Positions 50,067 to 63,496 are shown, counted from the stretch's first letter. The stretch: 64,000 nt of DNA from Octopus sinensis (GCF_006345805.1 NW_021833285.1:29938-93937), one strand, 5' to 3'. The notes: generated by a model from the letters alone, not told the origin. Translations and numbers: made by a program.

Positions 50067-50068
<2 letters not shown>
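50028..50068. other. 41-bp hairpin, Helitron 3'-terminus-like on both strands
   Basis: ACTAGCACTATGACCCGGC-AAC-GCCGGGTCATAATGCTAGT: 19-bp stem with one mismatch. The GC core hairpin lies 8 nt upstream of CTAG|T; (TA)n follows. Confidence 0.75.
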
Positions 50069-50101
<33 letters not shown>

Positions 50102-50271
50102 GATAGATAAGGGTATCTGAGAGATCCCACCTCCTTTGTATGGTATTTTTCCATGCTGGCCATTGATAAGATCGATATTTAATATTGATATTATCCTTAT
50201 TATAAATATATATATATATATATACACGTACACACAGACCCACCACACACCACATAATATATATATATATA

Positions 50272-50312
<41 letters not shown>

Positions 50313-51279
50313 ATATATACATATTAATACATAATATTATAATCGGGTTTCTTTCAGTTTCCGCCTAACAAATCTCACTCACAAGGTCTATTGTAGAAGA
50401 CACTTACCCAAGGTGCGACGCAGTGGAGCTGAACCCAGGACCATGTGGTTGGGAAGCAAGCTACTTACCACCCAGCCACTCCTACACCTATATGTGTGTG
50501 TATGTATGTGCAGGTGTGGGTATATATATGTGTGTGTGTGTGTGTTTGTATATTATATATGTAATAATAATATATATTATACACATTATGTTTTCATATG
50601 TGCATGATTCCCCGGTGAGTGGTAAAACTGTCTTGCATGAAACCGGTCAGTATTGCAAGAAAGGTTGGTGACCGCTGATCGATAATGATCGTTCTTCCAA
50701 ATTTTATGAACCTTAGTGAGTCAGAGGCGAAATTCTAGAATAATCTACTCCAATCGACAGACGACCTTCCGCCATATTCTATCAACGTTATTTTGCAATA
50801 TTGTCTCCGTTTTTCTTCTATAAATTTAACCTCGCTCTCCCTAATTCTAATTTGTGTTGCAACACCAACAACAACGACAACAGCAACAATAACAACAGCA
50901 ACAACAACAACAACAACTCGTTGGTGTTGATGGTTTAGTGAATGGTTGTTAGAGTGATTGGCCATTGACCAAGTCTATTAATTCTGGTTTTCATCCCTGC
51001 AGCCTTTTCAGTGTCTCAACACACATACACACACACACACACACCACACACACGCACACACACACACTGTAGTAGTAGTAGTAGTAGTGTCGGTGGTGGT
51101 GGTGGTGGTGGTGGTAGTGGTGATAAGTGTGGTGGTGGAAATAGCGATAGGGATAGTGATAGGTTGTTGTGCTAATAGTGATGATGATGATGATAAGAGT
51201 AGAGGTGAAGTGGTGGTAGTGGGAGTAGTCGGTTGCGATAGTGGTACTGGTGTATGTGTCAGTGTGTGATTGCGTGTGT

Positions 51280-51348
<69 letters not shown>

Positions 51349-51782
51349 TTGAGACTCAAAAAGAAATTTTGGATAGAAATAAGAAAAAGGCGGAGAAGAA
51401 AAGAGAATATATAAAAAAGACAAAAGCATAAAACTGGATGAAAGAAATTTGGCGAGAACAGAAAAGAGAGCGAAGTAAATATGGAACGGCTGAGACATCG
51501 ATGGCATAAAATGGTGAGCAAAATAAAATACGTTGAATCAATCAAATTTCTCCGTCAATGAACAGAGAAGGGGAAAACATCAGCTCAAAGCCCAACTCAT
51601 ACCAAGACGAATAGGGGAGATAACTCCGAAATTCCAATGAATTTGAATTAAAACAACGCATCCAGTGAGGAGGAGGAGGAGGAATGTATTGTGTGAAGGG
51701 CTTCGGGTTTGGTAATTCTAATTGGTTGATTAGGATTCGTTGTATTTTCAATTCTTTAACAAAGTTTTAATTTTCTATTTAA

Positions 51783-51936
51783 CGAGGCGTAGCTGTGTAG
51801 TAAGAGTTTTCCATCGCCGCAACATGGTTCCCAGTTCTGTCCTATTGCGAGGCGTTTTGAGCAAATGCCTTCTGTTTATAGCCTCGGATCGGCCAAAGCC
51901 TTGTGAGTGGACTTGGTAGACTGGAACGGGAAGACG

Positions 51937-51940
<4 letters not shown>
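51783..51940 (+). mobile_element. SINE 5' half (tRNA-like head); a related copy lies at 50345-50485 (-)
   Basis: aggcgtagctgtgtagtaagag...aacatggttcccagttc...atagcctcggatcggccaaagccttgtgagtgg; same family as 6536-6967. Confidence 0.75.
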
Positions 51941-51978
<38 letters not shown>

Positions 51979-51999
51979 CTATCTATCTATCTATCTATC

Positions 52000-52042
<43 letters not shown>

Positions 52043-52067
52043 GTCTGTCCTGTCTGTCTGTCCTCTG

Positions 52068-52188
<121 letters not shown>

Positions 52189-52504
52189 ACATACATACAT
52201 ACATATATACATAGCTGAAATTCTCTCTCTCTCTTTCTTTCTCCTCCTCTCCATCTCCCTTTCTTTCTCTCTTTCCCTCCTTCTTCTCCCCCTCTCTTTA
52301 TACGCTCGTCTGATCGAATGAACTATGAACAAATCAACAGAATGACTGAATGAACGAACGAATGTTCGTCTCTACTTTTGACATTGTTGATTCGACCTAA
52401 GTCAGTTTGTACATCCATGAATAATTTAGTAATCCTGGGATAACTTTCATTCAGATTATCAACTCAGCACCACAAATAAGAAACAGGCCTGTGTTCACTA
52501 TCTA

Positions 52505-52554
<50 letters not shown>

Positions 52555-52859
52555 CTCTCTTTCATCTTCTCTTTCTCTCTCTTTCTCTTTCTCTTTATTT
52601 GTTATTTAATCAGCAGAAATATCATATTAACAAGAACGTTAACAAACAATAAATAAAAAGATTCTTTCTTTCTCCAAAGCATATTTAAAAAATCAACAAA
52701 GAAACTTTTCAGATTTATGAATGAAGAAAATGCTGAGAATTATGATTGAGTACACTAAAGAATTTTGACTAAGAAACTGTTTAGAATTGTGAATGAATAA
52801 ACCGTTAAGAGTTATGAATGAAAAACTGCTAATAAATTGTGAATGAATATTGGACTTTG

Positions 52860-53165
52860 TTGGAAACGACGACGAGGGTTCCAGTAGATCCGATCAACGG
52901 AACAGCTTGCTCGTGAAATTTACGGGCTAGTGGCTGAGAACTCCACAGACATGCGTACCCTTAACATAGTTCTCATGGAGGTTCTGCGTGACTCAGAATG
53001 TCACAAAGCTGGCCCCTTGTGAATTACTGGTACAACTAAGTTTTGCCAGCTGAGTGGACTGGAGCAACGTGAAATAAAGTGCCTTGCCCAAGAAACACAA
53101 TGCGTTGCCAGGAATCGAACTCACGACCGTGAGGCGATTTCACCTAACCACTAAGCCACGCACCC
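52860..53165 (-). mobile_element. tRNA-derived SINE
   Basis: Reverse complement has the head gtggcttagtggttagg...gtgagttcgattcctgg, then ttcttgggcaaggcactttatttcacgttgctccagtccactcagctgg (CORE-like, as at 16797). Confidence 0.7.
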
Positions 53166-53282
53166 TCACACGTGAATGATAAACTATTAATAATTTTAAT
53201 TTAAAATTATGTTCGATAGTTTTTTAACTTCAATTGTTTTTATGTTTTTTTTTAATATGTTTATTTTTTATGCAATATTGTA

Positions 53283-54528
53283 CGGGGGACGTTCAATAAG
53301 TAATGCCTCTGACCCATTTGCAGTTTTTTGATGTGCTGAAATTTTGCATGTGCACTTATTTATACCTCTATAGATTAAGTGGCAAATTACAGCTCTGAAC
53401 TAATTGTGGTTTCTGATTTACAGTGTTTGAACTGAGTCAAGTGTGAAATGGAGCCTGTTTGAGTGTCGAGCAGTGATCCTTTTTTGTATTGAAAGGACGC
53501 ACACCACGGAGACTTTTGATGAAATGAAAGTAACTGATGGTGATGATGCCCCATCATATGACCTTGTAAAACGCTGGCATCGTGAATTCAACATGGTCGG
53601 AACTCTGTGGAAACATTTCCCAGATCTGGTCGCCCCCTTCTGCCATTGATGAGGCATCTGTCCGTCAAGTTGAGGCTACCATTTGTGAAGATCGACGCAT
53701 AATTATTCGCCAAATAGCCCATGAGGTCAGATTAGTACCGGGTCTTGGAAACTATCATTCATGACCATTTGCATATGCAAAGGTGTCTGCCCAGATGGAT
53801 TCCCAGGTGTTCTCACGCCTTTCCAGAAGCAAGAACGCGTCGAGTGCTCGGGATGAATTTGGAGATGTGCCAAGAAGATGAGTCAAACTTTTTCAAAAGA
53901 CTGATTACACAGGATGAACCTGGGTCCATCACGTATGATCCAGAACCAAAAGCCCAATCAATGCAGTGGAAGCACCGTGACTCACCCCCTCCAAAGAAGG
54001 CAAGGGTGCAGCCCTCCGCTGGCAAGGTCATGCTCACAGTCTGGACCAGGACGAAGTAGTGATGACAGATTTTCCTGGCAAGGGTACCACAATGCAGGAG
54101 CTATTATGCTTCATCACTTTTGAGGAAATTAAGAGAAGTTTATCAAAATCAAGAGGCGGGGCAAGATCAGCAAAGGCATCCTCCTCCTTCAGGACAGAAG
54201 CACAGGCGTATGGCTATGAACTCCACCCCCCATTCCCCTACTTTCCTGACCTTGCACCCTCTGATTTTTCACCTCTTCCCAGTCATGAAGTTGTTTTTGA
54301 AAGAAAGCGTTCCCAGCATGATGCAGCCTTGATTTCTGAAGTCACGTTCAGGTTGGAACCAAGCTGGGGTCTTCTACAAAAACGGTCTCCAGAGCTGCAT
54401 CAAACAATGGGAGAAATGCGTAACTCTGGGTGGTTCCTATGTAGAAAAAGACTAATAACTGTGCCAAGTTTCGTTGCTCTACTGCTATGGGAAGTGGGTC
54501 AGGGGCATTACTTATTGAACGCCCCTCG
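53283..54528 (+). mobile_element. Full-length mariner element (Hsmar2/irritans-like TIR), 1246 bp, transposase frameshifted
   Basis: TA|CGGGGGACGTTCAATAAGTAATGCC ... GGCATTACTTATTGAACGCCCCTCG|TA. Motifs PRWIPR, ITQDE, YDPEPKAQSMQWKH, SAGKVML and PDLAPSDF are spread over several frames. Confidence 0.93.
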
Positions 54529-54988
54529 TACACCTATTCTAAGGATTTTCAAAGCGGGGTATGCATACTCTTTGGAGAATGGAAAAGAATTTAGGGGTCT
54601 GGAAAATGTATGGGGACTCGTTTGTTGTTCTCATCCATTTATTTTTATCAGCAAACGCTTTCGCAATGTTTGGAACCAAAACCGCATTTCGTGCAAGACA
54701 ACAAATTTTAACAAAATAAAACAGTAACAAAATTACATGCTGAGACACGGATTCGAAATTTTGGCACAAGGTCAGCAATTGCAGTGTAGGGAGTAAGTGG
54801 ATAACATCGACCCCAGTGTATAACTGGTACTTATGTTATGGACTCCGAAAGAATGAAAGTCGACATCGGCACAATACATATTTATATATTAAAAGGACTT
54901 CTGAGCAGACATTTTCTCGAGAGAAAATATTTTCCTTATACATAATGTGTTAAGAATGCACAACTGGGCCAACAATGATGTCATCCGA

Positions 54989-55033
54989 CCGTTGGACACG
55001 TGTTTCTGCATCGTTTCGTTTCATCAGCAACAG
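54989..55033 (-). ncRNA. Minimal type I hammerhead ribozyme-like motif, weak stem II
   Basis: CUGUUG-CUGAUGA-AACGAAACGAUGCA-GAAAC-ACGU-GUC-CAACGG: 6-bp stem I, complete core, GUC cleavage triplet, 2-bp stem III with palindromic ACGU loop. Confidence 0.6.
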
Positions 55034-55879
55034 ATCCTGAGCCATTGTACTTGGCCACCAGTAACCCTTTCTTTTTCTTGTATTTGAATAGCAAACGCCA
55101 CATTTGCTGATGGCCGCAAAAGTTTGTCAAGCTAGAATTAAAACATTTCCTCAGTATATTGTTTTTCTTTATCCGAATGTGCACGATCGTGTTAAATATG
55201 ATTGTACGCACCTATATTTCATTCAACGTTGTTCTTTAGTGCTGTCAAATTAATACACACACACACACACACACATACACGCATACACACACACACGCAC
55301 GCACACACATTTACACATAATAGGAAAGAAGTTAAAATTACAAGTTGCTTAAAAGAAAGAAAAATGAATGCGTGAAAATGCACAATGCCATTAAAACGAT
55401 TCTTGCAATCATTTTAGAAACATTTCAAAACTAAGAAAAACAAGTGAAATAGTTCTTTTCGATATCTGAAATCTTTATAACTTTACTTTTAGTTTATCTA
55501 AATAAGATGTTTTGCTTGTTTCTTGTTGTTGCTTTTCTTCTTTTTTTTCTTCCGTTTAATTTCGCTAATACGATTATAACACTCGTTTTTATGTTATTGT
55601 GCATTTCACCTATATGATGCAAATAATATAACATGAAGGCTAGGTGGAGAAATAAAAGCACCAAACAAACAGAGTGGATTAGATTTACGGTCGGGAAATG
55701 GGAAAAAGAAAGACGGGAAAGTCTGCGTTTCGAGTACACAGTGTTTATGGAAAGAGAGGAAAAACAAGGACAGAAAAAGACGAAGAAAGAAAATGGAGAA
55801 AAGCAGCGCATACATATACATGTATACATATATGTATGCATGTGTATGTACGCATTTATATTTTTTATCTGTGAGTTTA

Positions 55880-55961
55880 ATTTATTTAGGAGAGTTTTAT
55901 ATATATATGTGTATGTATGTGTGAGTGTGTAAATATATATATATATATATGTATGTATATG

Positions 55962-55992
<31 letters not shown>

Positions 55993-56000
55993 GTATTGTA

Positions 56001-56031
<31 letters not shown>

Positions 56032-56578
56032 ATATATGTATATGTTATATATAATGTATGTATATGTTATATATATGTATGTATATGTATATATATGTAT
56101 AATAGTGTATATATATATATATGTATATATGTGTATATATATTATATGTATATATTATATATATGTATATATATATATATGTATATATATAATATGTTAT
56201 ATATAATGTATATATATAATATTTGTATATATATATGTTATATATATATGTTATATATATATGTATATAATATATTATATGTATATTCTATATATATATG
56301 TATCTATATATATATATGTATATATATATATGTATATATATATTATATAATATATATATATATGTATATATATAATATGTATATATATATATAATGTATA
56401 TATATATATGTATATATATGTATATATAATATATGTTATATATTATGTATATAATATATGTATATCTGTATATATATATTGTAATATTATAATGTATATA
56501 TGTAATATATATATGTATATATGTATATATATATATATATATAATATATATATAATATATATATATATGTATATATAT
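55880..56578. repeat. Degenerate (TA)n/(TATG)n tract
   Basis: Seen directly. Confidence 0.95.
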
Positions 56579-58440
56579 GCACAGAGAATAGGACCTCTCT
56601 TCCAAAAAGATGGCTCTCTCACAGGAAATCCCACGAGATAAGTGAAATACTGAACGAACAGTTCCAAAGTGTGTTCACATACACCTCTAGGACACAGGCA
56701 AGTAAACAACCAGAAGAATTCTTTGCCACTTTACCAGCGGCCAAAGAGACAAAAATTGAGTACATCAACATCGAAGAGATGATATCACACTAGCCATTGA
56801 TGAGATTGACACAAACTCAGCTGCTGGACCTGATGGATTCCCAGCGATCCTTCTCAAATCGTGCAAACGAGCCCTTGCAAAACCGCTACAGCTTCTTTTT
56901 CAGAGCTTTCTTGCAAGTGGTAAGCTCCCAGTCAACTGAAAGAGGGGTAATATGCCCTATCCATAAGGGAGGTAGCAGAGCAGATGCTAAAATTATAGGC
57001 CTATCTCTCTGACCTCACACATCAGCAAAGTCATGGAACGAATAGTCCGTAAAACTAATCATGTTTCCTTGAAGAAATGACTTACTGTCTGACACCCAGC
57101 ATGGATTTCGACCAGTGAGGCTGCCTAACACAGCTCCTGCAACACTATGACTGGGTGTTTGAAACAGCTACTAATGGCTCAAATGTGGATGTAATATATC
57201 TTGACTTTGCAAAAGCCTTTGATAAGTCGACCATGGTATGATCTGTCACCAACTGCGTGTCTCGGCATAGGCGGGAAACTTGGAGAGTGGCTGCACAACT
57301 TCCTAAAAGACAGAAAACAGGCAGTTGTGAGCAATGGAGCCACCTCCAGGGAAACGCAAATAACAAGCGGTGTCCCACGGGCACTGTCTTGGGGCCACTG
57401 ATGTTCATAGTGCCCTTTCAGACATGCCTTCAGTTGCTACGATGACCACCCTTGCTAGCTATGCAGATGACACAAAGGTCTCCCACGCATACAGAACCCT
57501 GAAAATATTGCGCATCTGCAACATGAGCTGGACACAATATACAGGTGGGCTGAGGACAACAACATGCAGTTTAATGCAGGTAAGTTCCAGGCCTGCGCTA
57601 CTGGCACACAAAGTAAATGACGTGAAGACTGGATACACTGGCCCAGGAAGAATTGCAATCCCTGAGTCAAAATCAGTGCGTGACCTGGGCATTGACATGA
57701 GCAATGATGCATCTTTCCAAATGCATATTGCTAATCTGGTGATAAAATGCAGACGGCTAGCTGGATGGATTCTCCGAACTTTCAGAACAAGAGAGAAGGA
57801 GACCTGATGGTCCTATGGAAACATTTGTCCTCAGCCGCTTGGACTACTGCTCCCACTTTGGTCACCACACAATATAAAACAAACAGCAGAACTCGAAGCA
57901 ACTCAGAGAGCTACACAAAGAAATCGTCTCAATGCAAAATGTCAGCTACTGGGAAAGACTGAAGGTATTAAACCTCTTCTCCCTGGAGCGGAGGCGGGAG
58001 AGATATGCAGTGATATACATCTGGAAAATCCTGAGGGTCTTGTCCCAAACTTTGGCATTCAAGTTACTCCAACCGCAGAACGGGGCGCCGCTGCGTGGTG
58101 CCAAGGATTCCAACATCACCATCAAAATACAGGTCCAGATACTGCAACAGCTTGGGTTTCAGAGGACCACAGCTCTTTACATCCTCCCTAAATGCCTGAG
58201 AGACTTACATGGTGTGGATGTGGGTTTCTTTAAAACTAAACTGATCTCTTCTTGTTGGGAGTCCCAGATGAACCTACCTCACGACAGGAGACACGGATGC
58301 GGGCAGCAGCATCGAACTCCTTGTTGATCAAGTGCCACGTATCAGAGGTGGATTCACAAACTAGTGTAGCTCATTCAGCGGTGGTGCCCAGCATGGCCGC
58401 GGCCTTCGGGCTAGAACATTTTTAAGGATTTAAGGATTTA
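56579..58440 (+). mobile_element. CR1-like LINE, 5'-truncated RT region, frameshifted
   Basis: GPDGFPA, YRPISLTSH, QHGFR, DVIYLDFAKAFDK, SGVP.GTVLGP and SYADDTK across frames. The 3' end is a stem-loop plus (TTAAGGAT)-like repeats; (TA)n on both sides. Confidence 0.9.
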
Positions 58441-58442
58441 TG

Positions 58443-58474
<32 letters not shown>

Positions 58475-58503
58475 ATGTATATATATATATATGTATATAT
58501 ATG

Positions 58504-58534
<31 letters not shown>

Positions 58535-58642
58535 GTTATATATATATATGTATATATATGTATATGTATTATATGTATATGTATATATGTATATATATGT
58601 ATATATGGTATGTATATATATGTATATATGTATATATATGTA

Positions 58643-61600
58643 TACTTTAAATACTTTGAAAGGTTTCGGCCATTATTGGCGCAGGCCATGTCTAACTTAA
58701 TAGCACCACCTGTGAAGTCTTTCAAGTCAGAATTTGGGCACTATGGCCCCCTCAAGTAGATAGTTATTGTTTACAGAGACATATCCGGGTGTGGGGGTTT
58801 ATCCGGGATTTCTTGAAGGAATCTGTCCAAAGACTTCTTGAACCCTATAGGGTCAGTTTCTGTTTTAATGTGTTTTGGTGTAATGTTAAAGAGAGCGGGG
58901 GCCAATTGAGATGAAATATTGTGCCGTATTGTTGTTATGAGATGAGAGTGCGATTTTTGTTTTGGGCGGATGGCACGGGGCCCAAGCCTTGGATGTACCT
59001 TAAAGGTGATGCCACATCATTTGGGCAATGCTGATGGAATATTTCCACATCATGCAGATGATGTAGCGCTCACGACGACGTTGGAGAGAATAGAGTTTTA
59101 GCTTTTCTAGCCGACCCCAATAGTCGAGGCCCCTCATGCCATCTATCTTTTTTGTGATTGCCCTTTGAGGTGCTTCAACTTTTATGATACCTTGTATTGT
59201 GTGGGGAGACCACAGTGGACAACAGTATTCAGGTGGGGTCGGGCAAAAGTGGAGAAGAGAAGGATATTGGTGTGGATATCTCTCGACTGGAAAGTTCTGA
59301 GAATCCAGGAACACATTCTGCGGGCCATGTCAACTTTGGTGTTTTATGAGTGGCCCAGCTTACGTTGTTGTCCACAATTACTCCCAGTCTCTGATGTTGT
59401 TGGACGCCGCGAGAGTTTCCTGAAGGAAGGGAGTATGGGAGTTTCAGGGCATCCTCTTTTCCAAAGTGGATTAGCTCAAATTTATCCTCGTTCAGCAGCA
59501 TGTTGTTTTTTTCTGCCCATTGGATAACAGCCAGTAGATCTGACTGAAGGCATGTCCGGTCACTCACCTCATTTATGACCTTCTGTAGCTTGGAGTCATC
59601 TGCAAAATTTTTATGTTGCTGTGCTTGATGATGTCATTAATGTCATTAATGTAAATGATGAAAAGAAGTGGGCCCAGCACAGTGCCTTGCGGAACGCCAC
59701 TACTGACTTTGGCTGGGCTTGATTTTACCCCTTCAACTACAACATGTTGAGATCTGTCTGTCAGGAAACACTTAATCCATTTCAGTAACTTTCCAGAGAC
59801 ACCAATGTTGGATAGTTTTTTCAATAGGATCTTGTGATCGACCCTGTCGAAGGCCTTACTGAAATCAAGGTAGATGACATCGGTGTTGGAGCCCTCTCCC
59901 AAAGCTCTCAAAATGTCCTCAAAGTGATGCAGGAGCTGCGTTAGGCAGTCCCTTCCATTACGGAACCCATGTTGGTTGGAGATCAGTCGTCTGTTGCTTT
60001 CCAGAAATTGGGTTATTCGAGATCTCACCACCCTCTCAAATACCTTGATGATATGAGAGGTGAGTGAGATCGGACGGTAGTTCACTGCAAGGGACTTGCT
60101 TCCCTTTTTGAAAACTGGGACAACAGACTGGGACAGAAGGTTTTTTGGAATATAGCCAGCATCCAGTGAGTTTCTCCACAGATTAGCAAGGGGAGATGCA
60201 AGTTGGTGTCGACACACCTTCAGGACACAAGCAGGGAACCTATCGGGGCCTACTGCTGAATTGTGTTTTTATTTCGTTTATCGCCGCTAAGACATCAGGG
60301 CACTAAACGTTATGTCCGATATAGTGTGTTGGGGGTTGACATCACTGATACAGCCCAGATCGGCCATATCAGGATTGCTGAAAACAGAGCAGTATTGTTT
60401 CTTCTGCAGTATCTCGGCCATGGATTTGGCATTATCTTGGAGAGTGCCAGTTTCGTCAATTAGAGGGCCTACAGTGGAGACAGTGACCCTGCGTTTCCTC
60501 GCAAATGAAAAGAACACTTTGGGGTTGAGTTTGATTTTTTCAATGGCCCACTTCTCCTCAGCTGATCTTTGGTTATTGATGAGGGTCTTCATTCATTGTT
60601 GGAGGTTATATTTTTTGGATTCAAGCAGTGCGATAGCCGTCGAATGTGTGTGTTGCTGTTGGCAGTACTTTAGTTTGTTAATTTTTTTTTGTTCTTTTTA
60701 TTTTTCTGATAATGGTTTTTCTGTTTTGGGGGATTCTGCACTTTTTGTTCACAGGTCTTGGTGGGGAGTGTTTTGCACATATGTCTGTGACGGTGTCTAT
60801 AAAGATCTGCCAAGATGTTTTATGGTTGGTGGAGATGTGTGTATGTGTAAAGGACCAGTCAACATGTGATAGCTCGTTCCTGATTGCATCCCAGTTGGCA
60901 TTATGGAGATCCATGTTGTCAAATGGGTGGGCTGGAGGAAGGTCACTAGGATTAGCTTTCGGCTGGTGGAATTTCATGTTACAGAGAACCATGTCATGGT
61001 CTGAAAGAAGGGTTTTTTCCACTGTAACGTTATGTATAGTGTTAGTGTGGTTACTAAACACTAGGTCCAAAATGTTCTGATGTCTTGTTGGTGCAAGGAC
61101 AAGTTGGGACAAGAAAAACTCATTCGTAAAGTCGAAAAGTGACTCTGCTGCTTCTTTGTCAGCGGTTGAGGCGGGAGTGCTTGGTTTCAAACAGTTTGTA
61201 GTCCAGTCAACACAGGGTAGATTGAAGTCTCCCATCATGAGTATGTTGCTAGAATGGCACTGTTGAATAAAGCACTTAATGCTGTTGAGGCATTCTTTAA
61301 AGCACAGTATGGGTGTTTGGGGCGGCCTATAGAGCCCAATTACTGTCAGGTCATTGGCTTTGTTGTGCACGGTGACTGATTCACAGTAGCCATTGGAGAA
61401 TATACTATTTCCATCTGCCGTAAATGAATCATGCAGGAAAATGGCAGTTCCACCCTTCCTCCTGCCGATACGATCCGCGCGGATGGTTGTGAAATTCTTC
61501 ACTCTCACTTCGGCTTCCAAGTGGGAGTTGTCAAGGTGGGTCTCAGTGAATGAAGAAAGGGATGTGGTGTGAATGGTTACCAACCCAGTCTTCAATGAAT

Positions 61601-63263
61601 TGGACCTTCCATTTTGTGCATTGATGGAAGGGCTGACACCTTGTGCATTGAGTGGAATGTGGAGGTTAGTGTAGTGGCTGGTTTTGACTGTTGCAGGGGG
61701 CTTGGATTTTTTTGTGTGTGTTAGTGGCAGCAATGTGGGGAATTGGTGCACTGGGGTAATAGCATAGGATGGTGTTGAGTGATGGCTAGAATGTTTTTGT
61801 GTATCTCTTTTGCCATGTTCAACATGGCTAAAAAAGATTTTCCTGCTTAGGGAGCAGTTTTTGCTGGAGGTGTGGTTGCACTGTTGGATAGGGTTGTAGT
61901 TTTCCACTTTTGTTGTTGTTGTTTTTGTGTCTTCCTGAAAAGACTGGACCAGCATTACTGCAGCATGGTGTTGTTTCTATTTTTATTGTTATTCAGGTTT
62001 GTGTGTTGGCTTGAGGCCCCGTTTCTGTTTGTGCGTCGGGTCCCTGGAAGATGAGTGAAGGGACAGTCACTCAGTAGACATGTTCTCTCACGTTGGGAAT
62101 ACCGGCAGATTTTGGGACTCCGATTGTGTGTGTTTTGAATTCGATTTACTATTGGTGGTGTTGATGTTATTGTGGGATGCGTGCTTTGGCCTTGGCCGGT
62201 AGTGCGTCTAGTGCCGGGTAGATGCGTGAAGATGCAGTCACTATTTGTGCAGAGTCTCTGGCGCAGTGAATAGCGGCATATTTGGGGATTTCTTGTTTGT
62301 GCCGTGGGGGGCGCATTCTGCTTCCTATGTTTCTTAAGTTTTTGTTACTGCAGTAGTATTGAGGTGGTGATGTGGGGGAAGAGGGCAGTGGTTTCTTGTT
62401 TGGTTTTCTGTCGGTATTTTTGGTGATAGAAGACGATGGTGGCAGCGGTGGTGATGATATGATGATAATGTGGTGGTTGCTGTGAGAGCGGTGAAAAGAT
62501 ACTGGCATTTAGTGAATCGTCTAGTAAGCTAGAGTTGAGGAGTGGCTGTTGTTGTTCTTGTTGCTGTGGCTGTTGTTGTTGTTGTTGTGCCTGACCGATG
62601 TCAGGGTCAGCCATTGTGCTGGGAACCAGGAGTGGCTCATTCTGTTGTTGTTGTTGTTGTGGCTGCTGATTTTCTAGCTGTTGTTGTTCTTGAACTGTGA
62701 AAATATGTAGAAGCTTTTCATAATGGCCTCTTATCAGTTTGAAAGATACTTCGATATGTTTCAACTTGCTACGAATCTGTTTGACGGATCGTGTGTTGAC
62801 CACTTGTGATGTTTTTTTCGGCAATCTCATTCAAACACAAGACATTTAGATTTTCTGTTTGGGAAAGAGAGAACCATGTGTTTATTAAACATCATTTCGT
62901 TATAAGACCAATTTCGTCTGTTGCAGGCCTGCAAGTTGTCATGTTTGTTTTTCTTTTGTTTGTTTTCCTTTTGATTTTGAAAATATATATATTCTTTCTT
63001 GGGAGTTAAGAAGTGTATATATATATAATGTTCTCTCTTAAGGGTGTGAGTTTTTGATTATTTGGTTGTTTGAGGATATCAAAAGAAAAACAGTTGTATA
63101 TAACAATTTGTAGTTAAATGAAACGTACTTACGGTTTTGTAGGCAAACACTGGTGTTACAAATATATATATATTTAAGGTCAGTTAATTTTGAAGCTGTG
63201 TAGCTTGCTACTGACTTGGGAGAGAAACAAATAGACGTCCGTCCCACTTCACAGTTAATCCAC
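58643..63263 (-). mobile_element. Near full-length CR1-like LINE (~4.6 kb): ORF1 plus APE-RT ORF2, frameshifted
   Basis: APE motifs (FTETHL, YRPP, GDFNLP, PTR..NILDLVF, SDHD) in ORF 60678-61955; RT motifs (YRPISLTSH, QHGFR, YLDFSKAFD, SGVPQGTVLGPLLF) in ORF 59573-60217. The ORF1 region 62030-62945 has polyQ and a CCCH motif. (TA)n on both sides; the 5' boundary is approximate. Confidence 0.93.
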
Positions 63264-63496
63264 ATATATCTGTATATATGTATATATATGTAATATATAT
63301 ATTGTATATAATGTATATATATATGTATATATATATATTATAATATATGTATATATATATATGTATATATATATATATTATGTATATATATATATGTATA
63401 TATATGTGTGTGTATATATATGTGTATATATATGTATATATGTATATATATGTGTAATATAATATATATGTATATGTGTATAATATATGTGTATAT

